A stretch of 32,000 bases of DNA from positions 390,001-422,000 of the forward strand of contig NZ_CP089977.1 in the NCBI RefSeq assembly GCF_025643275.1. Reading direction: 5' to 3'. The stretch is from Moraxella nasicaprae (GTDB lineage: Bacteria > Pseudomonadota > Gammaproteobacteria > Pseudomonadales > Moraxellaceae). The notes under the pieces were generated by a model that made no database searches, was not told the origin of the DNA, and was given only the letters and a program-made list of their open reading frames with translations. Every line of letters begins with the position of its first letter. The stretch's first letter is position 1. The translations under genes and the position numbers were made by a program. Positions 24,322-31,423 of the stretch are shown here, in pieces.

Positions 24322-25046
24322 TGAAAGCGTTTAATTCAATGACCAAATTTGGTGCTGGTCTTATCTTGGCTACTCTTGGTGCTTTTGCTGGCACCAATGC
24401 TCAGGCTGCAGGTGGTCACGGCTGTGGCACTTACACCCAAACTGATGGTACAGAAGTTACCTTAGAATGTAGCAAAGCTCCAATTGACCTAACCAATAAA
24501 GCTTCATTGCAGCGTGGTGCAGCCATGTTCATGAACTATTGCGTTGGCTGTCATTCAGCTCAGTATGTTCGTCATTCACGCATTGCTCAAGATTTGGATA
24601 TTCCACCAGAATTGGTTGAAAAATACTTGATGGTAACCACCAAATCTATCGGTGATCATGTAACCGCTCAAATCAATCCCGAAGTGCAAGGCGAATGGTT
24701 TGGTGCTGCACCGCCTGATTTATCACTAGAAACTCGCTTGCGTGGCGATGACTGGGTTTATACTTACCTACTAAGTTTCTATGAAGACCCAAGCCGCCCT
24801 TGGGGTTCAAATAACCTAGTTCTTGCCAATGCGGCAATGCCACATGTGCTGTATAATCTACAAAATGAACTGGGTAAAGCTGAATACGAAAAGCGTGTTG
24901 GCGACCTAGTGAACTATATGGCATGGATGGCAGAGCCTGTACGCCATGACCGCAAAATCTACGGTGCATTTGTGATTATTTTCCTACTTATTCTACTAAT
25001 TCCTGTTTACTTGCTAAACAAAGAATTCTGGAAAGATGTCAAATAA
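24321..25046 (+). CDS. petC: cytochrome c1
   Basis: It has a signal peptide, the heme motif CVGCHS, the PPDLS motif and a C-terminal TM anchor. The ATG overlaps the petB TAA (TAATG), with GGAGG upstream. Confidence 0.9.
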   Translation: MKAFNSMTKFGAGLILATLGAFAGTNAQAAGGHGCGTYTQTDGTEVTLECSKAPIDLTNKASLQRGAAMFMNYCVGCHSAQYVRHSRIAQDLDIPPELVEKYLMVTTKSIGDHVTAQINPEVQGEWFGAAPPDLSLETRLRGDDWVYTYLLSFYEDPSRPWGSNNLVLANAAMPHVLYNLQNELGKAEYEKRVGDLVNYMAWMAEPVRHDRKIYGAFVIIFLLILLIPVYLLNKEFWKDVK

Positions 25047-25062
25047 TCCAACTTGTATCATT

Positions 25063-25091
25063 AAGCCGATTGCCTTTGCAGTCGGCTTTTT
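25063..25091 (+). terminator. rho-independent terminator after petC
   Basis: The stem AAGCCGA/TCGGCTT has inner TGC/GCA pairs and is followed by TTTTT. Confidence 0.65.
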
Positions 25092-25093
25092 AT

Positions 25094-25147
25094 TTGACAA
25101 TTTGCCTTAATCATCTTACAATCAGTCTAAATTTTTAAACTTATCAA
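25094..25147 (+). promoter_or_regulatory. promoter plus operator-like box of the ArsR-family gene
   Basis: TTGACA (25094..25099), 17 nt, TACAAT (25117..25122), then CAGTCTAAATTTTTAAACTTATCAA. That 25-mer matches the 25 nt that follow the -10 of the OYE gene promoter at 21 of 25 positions. Confidence 0.55.
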
Positions 25148-25151
25148 AACT

Positions 25152-25475
25152 ATGAACGAACAAGCCCACGCAATGCAATTAATGAAAGACTGCATTCCCA
25201 TTTTTACCGTGCTTTCGGACGAAAACCGCCATTTGATTTTGAAATTATTGTTGGAAAATGGGGCGATGCGGGTCAATGACATTACCGAAAATCTGCATTT
25301 GTCTCGCCCTGCGGTGTCGCACCATTTGAAAATTATGCTATCCGCCAATGCCGTCAGCGTAGAACAAATCGGTAAAGAACGCTTTTACAGTTTGGCGATG
25401 AAAGATGAAATTGAAAAAATGGGCGAATTGGTGGCATTGATGAAAAAATATTGTCCGAGTAATCAAAGTGAATGA
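25152..25475 (+). CDS. ArsR/SmtB-family winged-helix transcriptional regulator
   Basis: 107 aa. FTVLSDENRHLILKLLLENGAMRVNDITENLHLSRPAVSHHLKIM is the family HTH signature. The ELCVCDL-type metal site is absent. Confidence 0.85.
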   Translation: MNEQAHAMQLMKDCIPIFTVLSDENRHLILKLLLENGAMRVNDITENLHLSRPAVSHHLKIMLSANAVSVEQIGKERFYSLAMKDEIEKMGELVALMKKYCPSNQSE

Positions 25476-25495
25476 GGCAATCAAGGTAAAATAAA

Positions 25496-26134
25496 ATGAA
25501 AGCAATTGTTATTGGTGCAACGGGGGCGACAGGCAATGCCCTGACCCAATTATTATTAAATAATGAGCATTACCAAAGTGTGATGATTTTTGTGCGAAAA
25601 CCTGTGGCAATCACGCACCCAAAATTAACCGTGCATTTAATTGATTTTGACAAACCAGATGAATGGCAGGACAAAGTACAAGGCGATGTGTTGTTTTGCT
25701 GTCTTGGCACAACTTTAAAACAAGCAGGCGGTCAAGAAAATCAACGCAAAATAGATTATGATTACCCGCTTGTGTTTGCCAATATCGCCAAACAAAATGG
25801 CATTGCACGATTTTTGGTCTTATCATCGGACGGAGCGAATGCAAGTAGCCGATTGTTTTATTATCGTTTAAAAGGCGAATTGGAAATGGCTTTGCAAAAT
25901 ATTGGTTTAACCCATTTAACCATTTTGCGACCGCCTTTATTAAAACGAGCAAACAGCGACCGTTTGGGCGAAATGGTCAGCGAAAAAGCCTTGTCATTTT
26001 TAAATCAATTTGGTTTATTGTTATCCGCCAAACCTATGCCAACCGATGTTTTGGCAAAGGCGATGATACAGGCGGTTACCGACAATCAAACGGGAATTTT
26101 GGAGAAAGGGGAGATTTGGAGGCTTGGTGTTTGA
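25496..26134 (+). CDS. NAD(P)H-binding protein, atypical SDR (HTATIP2/NmrA-like oxidoreductase)
   Basis: 212 aa with an N-terminal Rossmann MKAIVIGATGATGNAL. Size and layout fit the NAD(P)-binding domain-only oxidoreductases. AAGG lies 10 nt before the ATG. Confidence 0.75.
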   Translation: MKAIVIGATGATGNALTQLLLNNEHYQSVMIFVRKPVAITHPKLTVHLIDFDKPDEWQDKVQGDVLFCCLGTTLKQAGGQENQRKIDYDYPLVFANIAKQNGIARFLVLSSDGANASSRLFYYRLKGELEMALQNIGLTHLTILRPPLLKRANSDRLGEMVSEKALSFLNQFGLLLSAKPMPTDVLAKAMIQAVTDNQTGILEKGEIWRLGV

Positions 26135-26147
26135 ATTTGGGTGTCTT

Positions 26148-26471
26148 ATGACAATTATGGGATACTCTGCCAGAGAAAACCGCTTTTTTGATAAAAAAGA
26201 TTGGTATGCTTGGCTTGCTTATGGGGCGAATGGTCAGCCAATAGAAGACAATGACGACCAAGTGCAGTATTTAAACGATGATTTCAAGAAAGCCATTCGT
26301 ATAACTTATGAAGAATATGGTCGTTTTGATTTTGTTTATTATGTAAGCGGTTTTGATGATGGTAAGATTTTGATTTTAAATATCATCACCAATAATCTAA
26401 CTATCGCCACAACCAATTTGAATAAAACCATAGAAGATTGGTTAAATGGTGTTTTGGTGGGGCTTGACTGA
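26148..26471 (+). CDS. hypothetical acidic cytoplasmic protein (~107 aa), no recognised family
   Basis: The track ORF 26124..26471 starts at a TTG overlapping the previous gene. The first ATG is 26148 (MTIMGYSARENRFFDKKDWYAWLAYG...). No TM segment or convincing RBS. It is followed by a hairpin at 26492..26510. Confidence 0.4.
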   Translation: MTIMGYSARENRFFDKKDWYAWLAYGANGQPIEDNDDQVQYLNDDFKKAIRITYEEYGRFDFVYYVSGFDDGKILILNIITNNLTIATTNLNKTIEDWLNGVLVGLD

Positions 26472-26491
26472 TTAAACATCTTGCAAATCTA

Positions 26492-26510
26492 TTTTCAGGC
26501 AGTCTGAAAA
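26492..26510 (+). terminator. short terminator-like hairpin
   Basis: TTTTCAG GCAGT CTGAAAA: a 7-bp stem and 5-nt loop, 21 nt after the stop at 26471. There is no real T-run after it, so it is weak as an intrinsic terminator. Confidence 0.35.
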
Positions 26511-26514
26511 CCCC

Positions 26515-26568
26515 TTGACTTCCCCCACTTTCCCCTTTATAATATGTTTAAATTTTTAAACATATCAA
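26515..26568 (+). promoter_or_regulatory. promoter plus palindromic operator of the OYE gene
   Basis: TTGACT (26515..26520), 17 nt, TATAAT (26538..26543). The perfect palindrome ATATGTTTAA-ATTT-TTAAACATAT (26542..26565) overlaps the end of the -10. Confidence 0.6.
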
Positions 26569-26585
26569 CTTAAAAGAGACGTTCT

Positions 26586-27797
26586 ATGCTATTTCAACCC
26601 TTTACTTTCCCCAACGGCACGACTGCCAAAAACCGCTTTTTTAAATCGGCGATGGAAGAACAGCTTGCCGACAACAACAAACCCACACAAAACTTGGTCA
26701 ATCTGTACCGCACTTGGGCAAAAGGTGGGGCAGGGGTTTTGGTTACAGGCAATGTGATGATAAACAAAGAGGGCAAAGGCTCGGTGAATGATGTCGTGGT
26801 GTCAAACGAAGACGATTTGGCTATGCTGACAGCGTGGGCGGACGCTGGCAAAACAGACGGCACATTGATGATTATGCAAATCAACCACGCAGGCAAGCAG
26901 TCGCCCAAAGCGGTAAATCCTGTGCCGGTTGCCCCAAGTGCCGTACCGCTTATCGGAATGGACGGCTTTATCAATCCGCCACGAGAGCTGGCAGGCGATG
27001 AAATTTTAGGATTGATTGATGGTTTTGTGAAGACCGCCCAAATTGCCCAAAAAGCAGGGTTTAGCGGTGTGCAAATTCACGCCGCACACGGTTATTTGAT
27101 TAGCCAATTTTTGTCGCCACACCACAATACCCGTACCGATGAATGGGGTGGCTGTTTGGATAATCGTATGCGATTTTTAATTAAAATTTATGAGGGCATT
27201 CGTGCCAGTGTCCGTCCTGATTTTTTGGTGGGGGTCAAATTAAATTCAGCCGATTTTCAAAAAGGCGGATTTGATGAAAATGACAGTCTGGCTGTGGTAG
27301 AAAAATTATCACAAATGGGCATTGATTTTATTGAAATTTCTGGCGGTAACTACGAAAGCCCACAAATGCTCACCGCCAAACAAAGCACCAAAGAGCGTGA
27401 AGCATTTTTTATTGACTATGCCAAAAAGATGAAAAAAATCAGCCAAGTACCACTCATCATCACAGGCGGATTTAGAAGTAAAACGGCGATGAATGAGGCT
27501 TTAACAAGTGGCGATTTGGATTTGGTGGGCATTGCTCGCCCCTTTGCTCTTGTGCCTGATTTGCCCAATCAAATCCAAAATGGCACTTATAGGACGCTTG
27601 CCACAAACCGCATTCAAACAGGTGCTTCGTTTATTGACAAAAAAGCAGGGGCAATGCTTGAAATGAACTGGTATATGGCACAAATGCGTTTGATTGGTGA
27701 GGGCAAATCGCCTAATCCGAAATTGTCGGCTTGGAAGGTGCTATTTAAAACTTTATGGGAAAATGGCAAGGCGGGACTCTCTACGGGGCGAAGTTAA
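26586..27797 (+). CDS. NADH:flavin oxidoreductase, Old Yellow Enzyme family
   Basis: 403 aa. Family signatures are FKSAMEE, LVTGNVMI, the MIMQINHAGKQ context, VQIHAAHGYLISQFLSPHHNTRTDEWGG and IITGGF. Confidence 0.9.
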   Translation: MLFQPFTFPNGTTAKNRFFKSAMEEQLADNNKPTQNLVNLYRTWAKGGAGVLVTGNVMINKEGKGSVNDVVVSNEDDLAMLTAWADAGKTDGTLMIMQINHAGKQSPKAVNPVPVAPSAVPLIGMDGFINPPRELAGDEILGLIDGFVKTAQIAQKAGFSGVQIHAAHGYLISQFLSPHHNTRTDEWGGCLDNRMRFLIKIYEGIRASVRPDFLVGVKLNSADFQKGGFDENDSLAVVEKLSQMGIDFIEISGGNYESPQMLTAKQSTKEREAFFIDYAKKMKKISQVPLIITGGFRSKTAMNEALTSGDLDLVGIARPFALVPDLPNQIQNGTYRTLATNRIQTGASFIDKKAGAMLEMNWYMAQMRLIGEGKSPNPKLSAWKVLFKTLWENGKAGLSTGRS

Positions 27798-27919
27798 GCA
27801 AATCACACTTGTTAATTTGCTAACAAAACCATCGGTCAAGCCCAAAGATGCCAACTCTCATTCATTGATGATGAGGTTGTACCGATGTATTTGTTTAATT
27901 TATCCACACATTCATTCAC

Positions 27920-27943
27920 ACCACCAAATTTTGGTGGTTTTTT
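27920..27943 (+). terminator. rho-independent terminator after the OYE gene
   Basis: ACCACCAA ATT TTGGTGGT followed by TTTTT. Confidence 0.65.
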
Positions 27944-27975
27944 ATGGCAAATCATCAGTAAATGTCTTGTTTTCA

Positions 27976-28004
27976 TTGCTTTTTTTCACATTCATCACTA
28001 CAAT
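27976..28004 (+). promoter_or_regulatory. candidate promoter of the purine permease gene
   Basis: TTGCTT (27976..27981), 17 nt, TACAAT (27999..28004), 33 nt before ATG 28037. Confidence 0.35.
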
Positions 28005-28036
28005 AGCGTACCTAAGCGTAACCAATGAGAAACTTT

Positions 28037-29332
28037 ATGCTAAATAAATTTTTTGAGCTGGATAAAAAAGGCTCAACTGTCAAAACCGAAATCGTGGCAG
28101 GCATCACGACATTTTTCACGATGGTTTATATCGTGTTTGTCAACCCTTCTTTGCTGGGTATGGCCGGCATGGACGCACAAGTAGTGTTCGTTACCACCTG
28201 TCTAATCACTGCTTTTGGTACGATTGCCATGGGGTTGTTTAGCAACCTGCCCATCGCCCTAGCACCTGCCATGGGTCTAAATGCCTTTTTCACTTTCGTG
28301 GTCGTTCAAAAACTGGGCTACTCATGGCAAATTGGCATGGGAACGATTTTTTGGGGCTCAGTCGGTCTATTTTTATTGACATTATTGCAAGTGCGATATT
28401 GGTTCATGTCTGCCATTCCACTTGGCTTACGAGTTGGTATCGGGGCTGGTATTGGACTATTCATCGCTTTGATTGGTTTTAAGAACATGGGGCTTGTCGT
28501 GCCAAATCCTGATACTTTGATGGCACTTGGCGAGCTGCACGACCCAAAAGTTCTGATGGGTATTTTGGGCTTTTTTATCATTGTTGTATTGGCATCTCGT
28601 GGCATTCATTCTGGTGTACTGATTTCCATCACTGCCATCACAGGTCTTGCTTTGGTATTTGACCCTGCCGTCAGCTTTCACGGCATCATCTCAGCCCCAC
28701 CCAGCTTAGGTGCTGTGGTTGGTCAAGTGGACATCGCTGGTGCATTAGATACTGCATTATTGGGTATTATTTTCTCATTCATGCTGGTCAATCTTTTTGA
28801 CTCGTCTGGCACATTGATTGCCGTAACCAATAAAGCTGGCATGGCTGACGCACAAGGTCGCTTTCCAAAAATGAAACAGGCTTTGTATGTTGATAGTATC
28901 AGTGCCATGGTGGGTTCTTACATGGGTACATCAGCCATCAGTACCTACATCGAAAGTGGCTCTGGCGTGTCAGTTGGTGGTCGCACAGGCTTGACTGCGG
29001 TCGTGGTGGGTATTTTGTTCCTGCTAACCATCTTCTTCTCGCCATTAGCAAGTGTTGTGCCAGCCTATGCCACCGCTGGTGCTTTGGTATTTGTTGGCAT
29101 CTTAATGGCATCAAGCCTAATTGAGGTACAATGGGACGACCTAACCGAAGCTGCCCCTGCCTTCATCACTACTGCCATGATGCCATTTACCTATTCGATT
29201 ACCGAAGGGATTGCATTTGGCTTCATCAGTTATTGCATTCTTAAAGCATTTGCAGGTCGCATCAAAGAAATTCACCCTGCGGTTGCGGTGGTTTCCGCCC
29301 TATTTATTCTCAAATTTATCTGGGTTGGCTAA
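28037..29332 (+). CDS. NCS2-family purine permease (AzgA-like adenine/guanine/hypoxanthine transporter)
   Basis: Start at ATG 28037 (MLNKFFELDKKGSTVKTEIVAGITTFFTMVYIVFVNPSLL), a classic AzgA/PurP-type N-terminus. Polytopic, 431 aa. Confidence 0.9.
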   Translation: MLNKFFELDKKGSTVKTEIVAGITTFFTMVYIVFVNPSLLGMAGMDAQVVFVTTCLITAFGTIAMGLFSNLPIALAPAMGLNAFFTFVVVQKLGYSWQIGMGTIFWGSVGLFLLTLLQVRYWFMSAIPLGLRVGIGAGIGLFIALIGFKNMGLVVPNPDTLMALGELHDPKVLMGILGFFIIVVLASRGIHSGVLISITAITGLALVFDPAVSFHGIISAPPSLGAVVGQVDIAGALDTALLGIIFSFMLVNLFDSSGTLIAVTNKAGMADAQGRFPKMKQALYVDSISAMVGSYMGTSAISTYIESGSGVSVGGRTGLTAVVVGILFLLTIFFSPLASVVPAYATAGALVFVGILMASSLIEVQWDDLTEAAPAFITTAMMPFTYSITEGIAFGFISYCILKAFAGRIKEIHPAVAVVSALFILKFIWVG

Positions 29333-29340
29333 TCCCAAAC

Positions 29341-29371
29341 AAAAAAGCGGTCTTTGATTGACCGCTTTTTT
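29341..29371. terminator. bidirectional terminator between the convergent permease and yjbR-like genes
   Basis: AAAAAA GCGGTC TTTGATT GACCGC TTTTTT. Confidence 0.75.
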
Positions 29372-29385
29372 GTATGTCAATTTCA

Positions 29386-29748
29386 TCATTTGCTGGTCAA
29401 ATCATGGCTTAAATCAATCAAAGTCGCCAATTCCTCTTGCTCAAATCCATTATCCAGCACAATCGTCAGCCAATGCTCTTTATTCATGTGATATGCTGGC
29501 AATGCCAAACCTGCTTGGCGTAAAAAAATGACATGCTCTGGATGGCATTTTAGGTTCACAAAGTCTGTCTGCCCTGCCCTATCCAAACCAAGTTTTCTCC
29601 CATCAATTCGACCAACCAAAGCAAACCATTTTTGCTTAGCATTTTGGTGTCGAAACACTGCATGATTGGGGAATTTTTGCCATAGATAAACTGGCATGAT
29701 GCCATATTCATCGGCAATGTACTGCTCAATCCACATTCGTTGATTCAT
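29386..29748 (-). CDS. MmcQ/YjbR family DNA-binding protein
   Basis: YLWQKFPNHAVFRHQNAKQKWFALV...VNLKCHPE...PAYHMNKEHWLTIVLD matches the YjbR-like fold family. Start tentatively at ATG 29748 (MNQRMWIEQY), overlapping the end of the EamA gene by 23 nt. Confidence 0.75.
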   Translation of the reverse strand: MNQRMWIEQYIADEYGIMPVYLWQKFPNHAVFRHQNAKQKWFALVGRIDGRKLGLDRAGQTDFVNLKCHPEHVIFLRQAGLALPAYHMNKEHWLTIVLDNGFEQEELATLIDLSHDLTSK

Positions 29749-30634
29749 TAACTTGACCACGCTTAAACCATCGACCACCAAACACCTGAACAACCAACGC
29801 CATCATGACAACGGCAGAACCCAACCAATGCCAACCATTTAAAGGTTCTTTTAAGGCAAAATACGCCACCATCAAAGCAATGATGGGAATCAATAATGCC
29901 AATGGCGTGATTGTTCCTGCTGAATAACGAGCCAGCAGACTGCCCCAGCTGGCATAGCCCATCAATCCTGCCACATACGCCAAAAATCCCACCGACAACC
30001 AGCCACGCCAAGTCATGCCCTCAATTTGTTGCACAACACCAGCCACACCATGCAACGCCATCGATGCCACAGCAAATAATAACACCGTGATGACATTGCC
30101 CCAAATGACCAATGACAAAGCATTAACTTGACCGACTTTTTTAACCACTGCATTACCAACCGCCCAAGACAAAGCAGCCGCCAGCGTCAGTAGCAGACCC
30201 ATCATGGGTAGCTTGCCTTGATACTGACCTACTCCAACCAACATCAAGCCCACGCCTGCCAAAATCATCGCCAGCAGATGATTTACTTTTAGCGACTCTT
30301 GCCACAAAAAATAAGCAATCAATACCGTAAAAAATGCCTGACTCTGATGAGTCAAAGCAACAATCCCTGTTGGCATGCCCACCCAAATTGCCCAAAACAA
30401 CAAAGTAAACTGCCCAAAACTGATTGTCACTCCATACAAAACCAGCCAATACCACGCCACCGCTGGGCGTTTGATGATAAAAACAGCTGGCACAAGCAAG
30501 CAGACAAATCTTAATAAACCCAATACCATTGGGGAAAGCTCTTGAACGCCAAGCCTAATAAAATAAAAATTAACACCCCATAGCAGTATGACCATCACCG
30601 CCAATAAAATATCTTTTTTATTCATCTGATTCAT
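29726..30634 (-). CDS. EamA/DMT-superfamily transporter
   Basis: 302 aa with ~10 TM segments in two EamA-like halves. The N-terminus KKDILLAVMVILLWGVNFYFIRLG is typical. Confidence 0.85.
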   Translation of the reverse strand: MNQMNKKDILLAVMVILLWGVNFYFIRLGVQELSPMVLGLLRFVCLLVPAVFIIKRPAVAWYWLVLYGVTISFGQFTLLFWAIWVGMPTGIVALTHQSQAFFTVLIAYFLWQESLKVNHLLAMILAGVGLMLVGVGQYQGKLPMMGLLLTLAAALSWAVGNAVVKKVGQVNALSLVIWGNVITVLLFAVASMALHGVAGVVQQIEGMTWRGWLSVGFLAYVAGLMGYASWGSLLARYSAGTITPLALLIPIIALMVAYFALKEPLNGWHWLGSAVVMMALVVQVFGGRWFKRGQVNESTNVD

Positions 30635-30834
30635 GGTACGCTCAAACTTTCATTCATATTACATCAATTACCATCTCCATCAATCATTGATGGACTGCAC
30701 AAAAAACATCTTTTGGCTCAACGCCATATCCATTTGTTGGGTAAAAAAATCATTCATCAACACATCAAAGCATGGCAATATCATGCCTTTTTGCCACCAA
30801 ATAAAGGCATTGACACCAAAATCAATATTGAATA

Positions 30835-31338
30835 TCAAGAATAGTGCTGAATGGTCGTCAAAATATCCTGACGAATGATTTGACTGCTGGGCATTTTTTC
30901 AGCATGAAATCTCATGATTGGAATGCCAGCACTGGCAAGAGCCTTGTCTTTTTTGTCATCTTGTTTTTGGCGAGCCGTACTCTCATGCGTCCAATCATCA
31001 AGCTCAATGGCGACCAACACGGTCTGCAAATCATCATCTACCACCACAAAATCCACACTTTGACGGCAAATACGATTGAACCAGAACTGTCTGTCCCTAC
31101 CTGTGCTATCATCAGGCTCAATGATGCGACTGAGCTGTACTTGGCTAAAAATATGATATTCTGGCAATGCTTGTTTAATTTTATGGAAAAATATCACTTC
31201 GCTGTCTGTCATCAAGGGCATCGGCTCAAATGGCCAAATAGGCAGCTCATCGCCACGCACCATCTGTCTTTTTGGGCTGGTCAGCCAAAAAACCAGCACC
31301 AGTAGCACCACCACGCCACCCACAATCCACCAAGTCAT
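30835..31338 (-). CDS. membrane-anchored DUF2726 domain protein (restriction-endonuclease-like fold)
   Basis: Start set at ATG 31338 (MTWWIVGGVVVLLVLVFWL) with GGAGA 6 nt upstream. It has one N-terminal TM helix, then YHIFSQVQLSRII...VDFVVVDD...LVAIELDDWTHES...D..L..AGIPIMRF, a DUF2726-type D/ExD/H pattern. Confidence 0.7.
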   Translation of the reverse strand: MTWWIVGGVVVLLVLVFWLTSPKRQMVRGDELPIWPFEPMPLMTDSEVIFFHKIKQALPEYHIFSQVQLSRIIEPDDSTGRDRQFWFNRICRQSVDFVVVDDDLQTVLVAIELDDWTHESTARQKQDDKKDKALASAGIPIMRFHAEKMPSSQIIRQDILTTIQHYS

Positions 31339-31360
31339 CAACCATCTCCACCAAAAAACC

Positions 31361-31393
31361 AAAAAAGCACGAAATACCCATCGTTTTCGTGCT
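31361..31393 (-). terminator. rho-independent terminator after the LysM/SPOR gene
   Basis: The 9-bp stem AGCACGAAA/TTTCGTGCT has a 10-nt loop. On the minus strand it is followed by TTTTTT. Confidence 0.7.
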
Positions 31394-31423
31394 TATCCTT
31401 ATCAATAAAAAAACAGTGTAAAT

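Noticed and set aside
26492-26510. AGGCAGTCTGAA within the hairpin TTTTCAGGCAGTCTGAAAA, one mismatch from Neisseriaceae DNA-uptake-sequence dialects; possible sign of horizontal origin of the ArsR-OYE segment
   Set aside because: It is a single imperfect occurrence, and codon usage of the segment does not look clearly different from its neighbours by eye. A 12-mer with one mismatch is too weak without genome-wide counts.
27900-27908. Perfect DnaA-box 9-mer TTATCCACA, considered together with the strand switch at ~20 kb as a possible origin
   Set aside because: It is one isolated box, which is plausible by chance in 64 kb of two-strand sequence. There is no cluster, no AT-rich 13-mers beside it, and it is not at the strand-switch point.
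27945-28036. Looked for a purine riboswitch or PurR box upstream of the NCS2 purine permease
   Set aside because: The conserved purine-aptamer core (UAUAAU...UGG...CUACC...) is absent and I could not recognise a PurR-type palindrome. Only a promoter-like element is reported.
27694-28047. 117-aa plus-strand ORF spanning the end of the OYE gene to the permease start
   Set aside because: It overlaps the OYE 3' end in another frame and reads straight through the rho-independent terminator at 27920..27943 and the permease promoter.
30844-31305. 153-aa plus-strand ORF almost fully overlapping the DUF2726 gene
   Set aside because: The minus-strand frame has a good RBS, a TM anchor and the DUF2726-type ELDDWTH pattern. 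The plus-strand product has no RBS or motif.
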